A stretch of DNA of 64,000 nucleotides from Minisyncoccota bacterium (GTDB lineage Bacteria; Patescibacteriota; Minisyncoccia; Phycocordibacterales; CAJBRS01): positions 144,411-208,410 of the forward strand of contig DASRDX010000009.1 in the NCBI GenBank assembly GCA_035652395.1, given 5' to 3'. The notes below the pieces were generated by a model that did not search any database, had not been told where the DNA came from, and worked only from the letters and a program-made list of their open reading frames with translations. Below, piece after piece: positions 57,594 through 64,000 of the stretch; within the stretch, counting starts at the first letter, position 1, and each line of letters opens with the position of its first letter. A program made the translations under genes and the position numbers.

Positions 57594-58890
57594 TCAATTC
57601 ATTAAATACGCCAAGGAAGTTGGCATGACAAGCGACGAAAAGAGCCGCATCGCTAGTCATTTGCATATGGTAACAGCGAAAGAGCCGGTAGCATCTTTTA
57701 ACTTAACAAGTTCTCCTTATTTCTCGGCTTTTTCTTTCAGCCGCATCCAAGTTTTAGTACTGGCCGTCTTTCTAGTCTTTGGCAGCGCCTCTTACGCCGC
57801 CCAGGATTCTCTGCCCGGAGATATTTTCTATCCTTTTAAAACTAAAGTGAACGAACGAGTGGAAGGCTTCTTTGCCACTAACCCCGCTGCCAGAGCCCAA
57901 CACGAAGCCAAACTCGCTTTAGTTCGATTGGAAGAAGCCGAAGCTTTGGGAGCGGAAGGTAAATTAAGTTCCTCTACTCAGGCGGATTTGGTGGCCGATT
58001 TCAACGCTCACGCCAATGGTCTTGAGAATAATCTAAATGAAATTTCCGATCAAAATAGTGATGATCAGGCCTACAGCATCGCCATGGATTTCCACAATAA
58101 TCTGGAAATTCACCGAAATATCCTAAATCAGATTGCTAGGATTACTCCTTCGGAGAGTGCCTCCAATCTTAATCTTTTAGCCGGACACATTGACCTAACT
58201 TTGAATTCAACCGAGACGAAACTGGCTGCCGCCGATAACGCTTCAACATCCATATGGGCTATTTTGAGTTTTGCCAGCACCACGCCGCATGTAGTGGAAG
58301 TACGGCTTAATCGAAACGATCTGCGAATTGCCGATCTTAAAAATTCTCTGGCTGAAAATGCCAATTTAAGTTCAGATATTCAACTTTCAGTTGCTGACGA
58401 TCTTCAGACTGCCATTGATCTTCAGGCCAAGGCTAAAGCGGCCTTTGCTGCCGACAATTACACAGAGGCTTTTACCGATGCTTCCAAAGCGGCTGATTTA
58501 CTCATCTCGAGCCACAATTATCTTCAGAGTCAAATTCAGGTAGAATCGCTTCAGAACATTCTTAACAAAAAGGACCACAATAACGGAATGAAATTAAAAG
58601 TCATTGAAAATGATCAATCAAATCTGGATGTGAAAGTTAACCCAATTTCTTCCAAGTCCGGAGCTTCCTCTACTAATTCTGATCATTCATCGAAGGCTAC
58701 GAGTTCGAATTCTGGTTCCAGTATTTCGGCGAGCCAGAGCGCTAGTGTAAATCTCAGCGTTAATGGCTTACCAACAGAGCAAGCACCGCCGAACTCCAAT
58801 GTTTCGGTCCCGTTGCCGCCGCCCGCGCCAATTCCTCTTCCAATTCCTCCTTTAAATAATTCAGGTTCCAACAGCTCGCTCCACATTTGA
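57577..58890 (+). CDS. DUF5667-type membrane-anchored protein, putative anti-sigma partner
   Basis: Overlaps the sigma gene by 17 nt; a TM segment, then PGDIFYPFKTKVNE (DUF5667-like), then helical repeats, then S-rich and PPPAPIPLPIPP tails. Confidence 0.6.
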   Translation: MPNQFNQFIKYAKEVGMTSDEKSRIASHLHMVTAKEPVASFNLTSSPYFSAFSFSRIQVLVLAVFLVFGSASYAAQDSLPGDIFYPFKTKVNERVEGFFATNPAARAQHEAKLALVRLEEAEALGAEGKLSSSTQADLVADFNAHANGLENNLNEISDQNSDDQAYSIAMDFHNNLEIHRNILNQIARITPSESASNLNLLAGHIDLTLNSTETKLAAADNASTSIWAILSFASTTPHVVEVRLNRNDLRIADLKNSLAENANLSSDIQLSVADDLQTAIDLQAKAKAAFAADNYTEAFTDASKAADLLISSHNYLQSQIQVESLQNILNKKDHNNGMKLKVIENDQSNLDVKVNPISSKSGASSTNSDHSSKATSSNSGSSISASQSASVNLSVNGLPTEQAPPNSNVSVPLPPPAPIPLPIPPLNNSGSNSSLHI

Positions 58891-58910
58891 TATACTGACC
58901 GAATAATAAA

Positions 58911-60215
58911 ATGAAAAACCAAGCATTAAAAATGCCGGTTTCTTTTGTAATATTTGGTATCACCGGGGATTTGGCAGAAAATAAATTAATTCCGGCCCTC
59001 TTTAATCTTTTTCGGTACGGGAAATTGCCAAAAAAATTTCAAATCATTGGTTATTCACGTCGGCCAATTGAACGGCCCGAATTTTTGGCGTATTTGGAGA
59101 AAAGTCTGGAGAAATTAAAGCCTTCAAAAACTGATCTATCTCAATTTTTTTCGCATATTAACTATATCCAGGGTCATTTCGAACCTCTTTCTGATTATCG
59201 AAGACTTGGGGAACATCTCTTGAAAATTGATGATGAGATCTTCCGCGAATGCAGCAACAAACTTTTTTATTTGGCCGTGCCGCCGGTTTGGTATGAGACC
59301 ATCGCCAAAAATCTTTCCCATTCCGGCCTGACTATTCCCTGTGGTGGGCGCCTCGGCTGGACTAGGGTTTTAATTGAGAAACCATTTGGTCACGATTTTA
59401 AAACTTCCCGGAAGTTAAACCTCGTGCTAAGTCGACTTTTTAAAGAAGACCAGATTTTCCGAATCGACCATTACTTAGGCAAAGGGACTTCAGAGGAAAT
59501 TCTGAAGTTTCGATTTACCGGAAACGCCAGAGAGAAAATCTGGAACGATAGAAATATTGAAAAAATTAAAATCCAGCTTTTGGAAAGGAAGGGTGTAAAC
59601 GATCGGGGAGCCTTTTATGATGAAATCGGAGCCTTGCGGGATGTCGGGCAAAACCATTTGCTTCAGATGCTTGCTCTTATTGTCATGAAAAAGCCCTCAA
59701 AGATGGTTGCTAAAGAAATTCGAAAGGCGAGAGCTGAAATTTTAGAAAAGCTTCAACCTATTTCCAAAAAAGATCTGGAGAATCGAGTGATAAAGGGGCA
59801 ATATATCGGCTACCTAAAGGAAAGAGGCGTAAAAACAGATTCAAAAACCGAGACCTTTTTTCATCTAGATGTAAAATTAGATAAAGCTCACTGGAATAAA
59901 ACCAAATTTATCTTGGAGGCAGGGAAGGCCTTAAACGAGGATTCAGTGGGAATCAAGGTCTATTTTAAAGATAAAAAATCATCTCTAACTTTTAATTACA
60001 ATAAATCTGTCGGAAAAACCCCCGAGGCTTATGAGAAAGTATTGATGGACTGTGTTCTGGGAGATCAGGCTATTTTCAATAGCACCGCCGAAGTGGAAGC
60101 GGCTTGGCGATTTATTACCCCCATTTTAGAAAATTGGAAGAAGCTGCCTCTCGTTCCATATACGAGAGGCAGCCGACCCGAAGAAATATCTTCTAAATTG
60201 CCTCTCCCTTCCTAA
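58911..60215 (+). CDS. zwf: glucose-6-phosphate 1-dehydrogenase (short form, 434 aa)
   Basis: FVIFGITGDLAENKLIPALFNL NADP site and RIDHYLGK active-site peptide. Confidence 0.85.
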   Translation: MKNQALKMPVSFVIFGITGDLAENKLIPALFNLFRYGKLPKKFQIIGYSRRPIERPEFLAYLEKSLEKLKPSKTDLSQFFSHINYIQGHFEPLSDYRRLGEHLLKIDDEIFRECSNKLFYLAVPPVWYETIAKNLSHSGLTIPCGGRLGWTRVLIEKPFGHDFKTSRKLNLVLSRLFKEDQIFRIDHYLGKGTSEEILKFRFTGNAREKIWNDRNIEKIKIQLLERKGVNDRGAFYDEIGALRDVGQNHLLQMLALIVMKKPSKMVAKEIRKARAEILEKLQPISKKDLENRVIKGQYIGYLKERGVKTDSKTETFFHLDVKLDKAHWNKTKFILEAGKALNEDSVGIKVYFKDKKSSLTFNYNKSVGKTPEAYEKVLMDCVLGDQAIFNSTAEVEAAWRFITPILENWKKLPLVPYTRGSRPEEISSKLPLPS

Positions 60216-60232
60216 TCTGCTAAATTTAATCA

Positions 60233-60457
60233 ATGTTGAAAGATTTATTAATGCGAAAAATGCTGGCCAGCCGATTAAAAGATCTGCCGGAAGCGGAACG
60301 CCAGAAAATTACCACTCTCTTTGAAAATAATCCGGATTTTTTCCGGAAAATTGCCGATGAGATAGCTGAAAAGACTAAGTCGGGGAAAGATCAGATAAGC
60401 GCGGTGATGGAAGTAATGCAAGAACATCAGAGCGAACTCCAGAGTTTAATGAAATAA
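60233..60457 (+). CDS. hypothetical small protein (74 aa)
   Basis: ORF tightly packed between zwf and the next gene. Confidence 0.4.
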   Translation: MLKDLLMRKMLASRLKDLPEAERQKITTLFENNPDFFRKIADEIAEKTKSGKDQISAVMEVMQEHQSELQSLMK

Positions 60458-60458
60458 A

Positions 60459-61034
60459 ATGGCCAAAATTTTTATCCTACAGGGAAATCCGGACAACGAA
60501 AGCTTTTGCGGCTCTTTTGCTACCGCTTACGAGGAAGGCGCCAAAAGCGCTGGTCATGAAGTCCGCCGGATGAATATCGGGGAAATGCAGTTTGATCCAA
60601 TTCTTCACAAAGGATACAAAGTTATTCAAGCTCTTGAGCCGGATCTCCTACAAGTTCAGGAAGAGATGAAATGGGCTGATCACATTGTCATCCTTTATCC
60701 CATGTGGTGGTCTTCCATGCCGGCTTTGCTGAAAGGTATGTTTGACCGGATGTTTTTACCCGGCTTTGCTTATCACTTCAATAAGGACAATATGGGTTGG
60801 CACGGTCTGCTTCACGGCAAGTCGGCCCATGTTTTCATTACCATGGATAGCTGGCCAATGATTCAACGCATTCTTTTTGGGGATTCCACAAACGAAATCG
60901 GCCGTGCCATCCTTCGCTTCTCCGGCATTCATCCGGTTCGCATTAAAAAAATCGGACCGATGAAAGACATGTCGGCAGAACATATTGAGACGTGGAAGCA
61001 AAAAATTTATCAGCTAGGTCAAAACGCTAAATGA
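60459..61034 (+). CDS. flavodoxin-like-fold NAD(P)H-dependent oxidoreductase (NQO1/KefG/YwrO-like)
   Basis: MAKIFILQGNPDNESFCG, HIVILYPMWWSSMPALLKGMFDRMF. Confidence 0.7.
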   Translation: MAKIFILQGNPDNESFCGSFATAYEEGAKSAGHEVRRMNIGEMQFDPILHKGYKVIQALEPDLLQVQEEMKWADHIVILYPMWWSSMPALLKGMFDRMFLPGFAYHFNKDNMGWHGLLHGKSAHVFITMDSWPMIQRILFGDSTNEIGRAILRFSGIHPVRIKKIGPMKDMSAEHIETWKQKIYQLGQNAK

Positions 61035-61594
61035 AAATCTCTACCTTACAAAAAATTGCTTTGGGGCTAATAGCCATCTTAATTTTAATCGGCATTTTCT
61101 ATCTGGTGGCTCCAAAAAATCCAGTCCTGGCTCCGGCCGCTTCTTCAACAAAGCAGACTCTTCTTTCTGTGGATTCAAGTTCTACTCCAAGCGGCTCGGT
61201 TAAGCCGCTCTCAGGCGCTTCAGGAAGCGCTACTTTGCGCAGTCTGGTTTTCTCTAATCAAATTAAAAGATGTGATATTAGCGGTCTTAGCTCGTCCGGT
61301 TCCATCTCCGGCACACTTTATCTTTCTGGAAATAATTTGAGAGGAGATCTAGCTATTAACAGCAAAAGCAGTAACTTTAAAACAGCCATTCTTCGAACAG
61401 ACGGAGAAGTTTACCTTTGGACTGGAAATAGTGGAGTGAAAATGCCGGACAGTCTTTTCCAGACAGCCAAACAATCTGAAGGCGCTGCCGTTAATTTGGA
61501 TCAAAACTATACTTATAAATGCAGTGAGTGGACGATTGATCCTTTGAAATTCGCTATCCCCCAAGGCGTAACCTTCATGGATATTCATTCCTAG
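61031..61594 (+). CDS. secreted hypothetical protein (paralog of 22676..23383)
   Basis: N-terminal TM or signal segment. Blocks RCDISG, GTLYLSGNNLRGDL, ILRTDGEVYLWTG and AVNLDQNYTYKCSEW...KFAIPQGVTFMDI align with the 22676..23383 protein. Confidence 0.6.
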   Translation: MKISTLQKIALGLIAILILIGIFYLVAPKNPVLAPAASSTKQTLLSVDSSSTPSGSVKPLSGASGSATLRSLVFSNQIKRCDISGLSSSGSISGTLYLSGNNLRGDLAINSKSSNFKTAILRTDGEVYLWTGNSGVKMPDSLFQTAKQSEGAAVNLDQNYTYKCSEWTIDPLKFAIPQGVTFMDIHS

Positions 61595-62605
61595 CTAAGT
61601 CTGGGGCTTTGGAATATTAAACTGATGATTATCCACAACATCGTAGACAACACTCGATATGTTTCGAATCGCTGATTCGAAAATGGAATTATTAACTGTC
61701 GCATCTCCTTTAGTCATAACACAAAGCAAATAAGGATTGGTAGAATGATAGATAATACCGCAGTCATGGAGTTCTCGACGAGTGCCAGCCTGATCTTGAT
61801 ATTGGCCATATTTATGGGCGACAGTAATCCCGGCTGGTACACCTGCCACTAAACCACTATTAAAATCAGTAGAGGCCAAAAGCTCCAAAGCTCGTTCCGA
61901 GTAATCTTCATTTAAATAAGTGGAATTATACAAAAGTCTGAAAAAACGACCATAATCTTTGGCCGTAACTTGTAAGGAGGAATCTGGTAATGGGATATTT
62001 AAATCGACGAAGATCTGATCTAAAGTAGTTGTGCCAAGACTGGTTTCCAAAATATCATCGGCATCGTTATCCGATTTTTCAATCATAATTTTGATCAGAT
62101 CATTTATAGTGTAATAAGTGCCAGGAGTTAAGGTGTTAAAAGCTAAGCCTTTATTATCTAAAGGGCCACCTTCATATAGAATTTTCTGGTTCAGAATATT
62201 CGGTTTAGTTTCAGCCTCTTTAAACCAAGCTATCATCACTGGAACCTTATATAAACTGGCGGGGTCATATTGAGCTTCAGAATTAACAGTTGCCCAAATA
62301 CCGCTTTTCAGATCACGAAAATAAATGGAGATTGCCTCAAAACCGGAAGTATTCAGAGAATCGTAGCTGGCGAGCCTCAGATGATCTTCCAGTTGAAAAT
62401 CCTCGGTAGTAGGGGAATCAGCTGACAATAAAAACGGAGAGATTAATTTGTTCTTTGGATCTGATAAACGAATACTTTGAGAGACCGGCAATTGTCGAGG
62501 AAAAAAGAGAGGTAAAAGAAAAAAACCCATCAATAAACCCATTAGAAAAATCAGGATTCCGCTTAGAGCCATTAATTTTTTGGGACCTGACTTGCTCCCT
62601 GTCAT
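61595..62605 (-). CDS. serine hydrolase, class-A beta-lactamase-like fold (membrane-anchored)
   Basis: SxxK (ASLYKVPVMI) and SDN (EKSDNDADD) motifs; KYG in place of KTG; N-terminal TM segment. Confidence 0.55.
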   Translation of the reverse strand: MTGSKSGPKKLMALSGILIFLMGLLMGFFLLPLFFPRQLPVSQSIRLSDPKNKLISPFLLSADSPTTEDFQLEDHLRLASYDSLNTSGFEAISIYFRDLKSGIWATVNSEAQYDPASLYKVPVMIAWFKEAETKPNILNQKILYEGGPLDNKGLAFNTLTPGTYYTINDLIKIMIEKSDNDADDILETSLGTTTLDQIFVDLNIPLPDSSLQVTAKDYGRFFRLLYNSTYLNEDYSERALELLASTDFNSGLVAGVPAGITVAHKYGQYQDQAGTRRELHDCGIIYHSTNPYLLCVMTKGDATVNNSIFESAIRNISSVVYDVVDNHQFNIPKPQT

Positions 62606-62659
62606 ATAAATATTTTATCATTTTTGCCTTTGTTAGGTCCTTAATATAGACTATGCAAC

Positions 62660-63475
62660 ATGTCTCTTTCTATTGGTATTGTCGGTCTGCCGAATGTCGG
62701 CAAGTCCACTCTCTTTAATGCTTTGACTAAAAAAGGGGTGCCGGCCGAGAATTATCCATTTTGTACCATTGATCCATCGGTCGGAATCGTACCGGTGCCG
62801 GATGAGCGCTTGGAGAAGCTTGCAGCGATGTCCAAATCCAAGAAGGTTATTCCGGCCGTGGTGGAATTCGTGGATATTGCCGGCCTGGTTAAAGGGGCGA
62901 GTGAAGGAGCCGGTCTCGGAAATAAATTTCTCTCCCATATTAGGGAAGTAGATGCCATTATTGAAGTGGTCAGAATTTTTGAGGATAAGGACATTCTGCA
63001 TGTTCATCAGAAAGTTGATCCGCTTTTTGATATTGAAATTATTAATCTGGAACTTGAGGCGGCCGGGATTAAAAAACCGACTCTGTATGTTTTGAATACT
63101 TCGGAGGCCAGTGAAAATCATCGAGAGATTATTTCTAAATTACCAGGTCCTTACATTGAAATCGATCCGATTTTTGGAACCGGTTTAGATAACCTGATTA
63201 AAGCCGGCTACGACCTTCTCGATCTTATTACTTTTCTTACAACAGGGGAGAAAGAAAGCCGCGCCTGGACTACTCCGCGCGGCTCGACCGCGCCTCAAGC
63301 CGGCGCGGCCATCCACTCCGACTTTCGCGACAAATTCATCCGTGCCGAAGTCATTCAATACGAGAAATTAATTGAAGCCGGCTCCTACGCCACCGCCCGC
63401 GCCAAAGGCTGGGTTCGTACAGAAGGGAAGGAGTATATCGTGCAAGACGGCGATGTTATAGAGTTTTTGATTTAA
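62660..63475 (+). CDS. ychF: ribosome-binding ATPase YchF (short form, 271 aa)
   Basis: G1 GIVGLPNVGKST, G3 DIAGLV, YchF-specific NxxE (NTSE), and the C-terminal TGS domain with the AIHSDF signature. Confidence 0.85.
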   Translation: MSLSIGIVGLPNVGKSTLFNALTKKGVPAENYPFCTIDPSVGIVPVPDERLEKLAAMSKSKKVIPAVVEFVDIAGLVKGASEGAGLGNKFLSHIREVDAIIEVVRIFEDKDILHVHQKVDPLFDIEIINLELEAAGIKKPTLYVLNTSEASENHREIISKLPGPYIEIDPIFGTGLDNLIKAGYDLLDLITFLTTGEKESRAWTTPRGSTAPQAGAAIHSDFRDKFIRAEVIQYEKLIEAGSYATARAKGWVRTEGKEYIVQDGDVIEFLI

Positions 63476-63758
63476 CTTGACTTTTTTAAGAAGAGGTTTA
63501 ATTTCAAACCAGGAACTCTCATATGGAAAAAATGGTTCTCTACCTTATCGCGATCGTAACCGCCCTTTTCTTTATCGGTAAATTTCATCAATTTTCAGAT
63601 GAACCTCCGGAATCTAACACTTCGCCCCCCAAATCAGTGGTGATTGACACTGGAGAGAAGATGGCAAAAAATAGCAATGTTTTAACTTTCAAGTAAGCCC
63701 GATTAGTAATAGTCGAGGCTTTTTAATTTCCACTATCTGTGGCAAAATAAAAGTATTA

Positions 63759-64000
63759 TGGAACCAAACAATCGACAGTCCCGCGTCTTAAAGTGGTCAA
63801 TTATTATTGGTATCGTTATTGTCTTAAACCTCTTTTTTAATTATTCTCTGTCTCTTTTCTACAAAGCGCCCGATCGAGAAAGTTATTGTCCGAACCCGCA
63901 GGTTAATATCGCTCCCGCCACTCGCGACCAGTGTGTTGCAAAGGGAGGACAATGGACAGAAAACGTCACGCCTCAACCCGTCAATTCTCCGGCCAAAATA
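63759..64000 (+). CDS. hypothetical membrane-anchored protein, 5' portion (runs off window end)
   Basis: ATG at 63759, TM segment WSIIIGIVIVLNLFF, open to the window edge. Confidence 0.3.

Overview
This 64-kb window comes from a low-GC (about 42-45%) bacterial chromosome. The compact, overlapping genes and minimal protein forms look like a reduced, CPR/Patescibacteria-like genome; this is inference. The minimal forms include a gamma-only DnaX, a 429-aa UvrC, a 271-aa YchF, and truncated F1Fo delta and epsilon subunits.

The conserved core is: miaA; tRNA-Leu(CAA); parB-like; topA; dprA; serS; ftsQ-like; a D-Ala-D-Ala carboxypeptidase; dus; dnaX; tRNA-Gln(UUG); msrB; tgt; a complete F1Fo ATP synthase operon on the minus strand, with a cupin ORF inserted between atpB and atpE; uvrB, uvrA, uvrC; ddl; tRNA-Ala(UGC); zwf; ychF.

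The accessory content is:
- A secretome island at about 16.5-33.6 kb. It holds a 1150-aa surface protein with dockerin-like Ca-binding repeats, Cna-B/SdrD-B-like domains and a C-terminal peptidoglycan-binding domain; a CAP-domain protein; a CopD-like/CopC-like/YcnI-like trio; a HlyD+MFS efflux pair; an eqolisin (peptidase G1)-like protein; and a DsbB/DsbA pair.
- A stand-alone OLD-family (ABC-ATPase+Toprim) nuclease directly downstream of tRNA-Ala, a likely anti-phage defence gene.
- An ECF sigma factor with a DUF5667-type partner.

The unexplained signals are:
- A promoter-to-terminator unit of about 335 nt upstream of dnaX, which is followed by a second terminator and an apparently leaderless dnaX.
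- An ORF-free region of about 590 bp between uvrB and uvrA with a minus-strand terminator.
- Two small inserts of about 120-200 bp, each bracketed by a duplicated 3' end of its target gene (tRNA-Leu; topA) and each carrying the same GCAAAGCAGTTTGC palindromic hairpin.
- Two paralogous Cys-containing secreted proteins 38 kb apart.

No CRISPR array, integrase or transposase was recognised.
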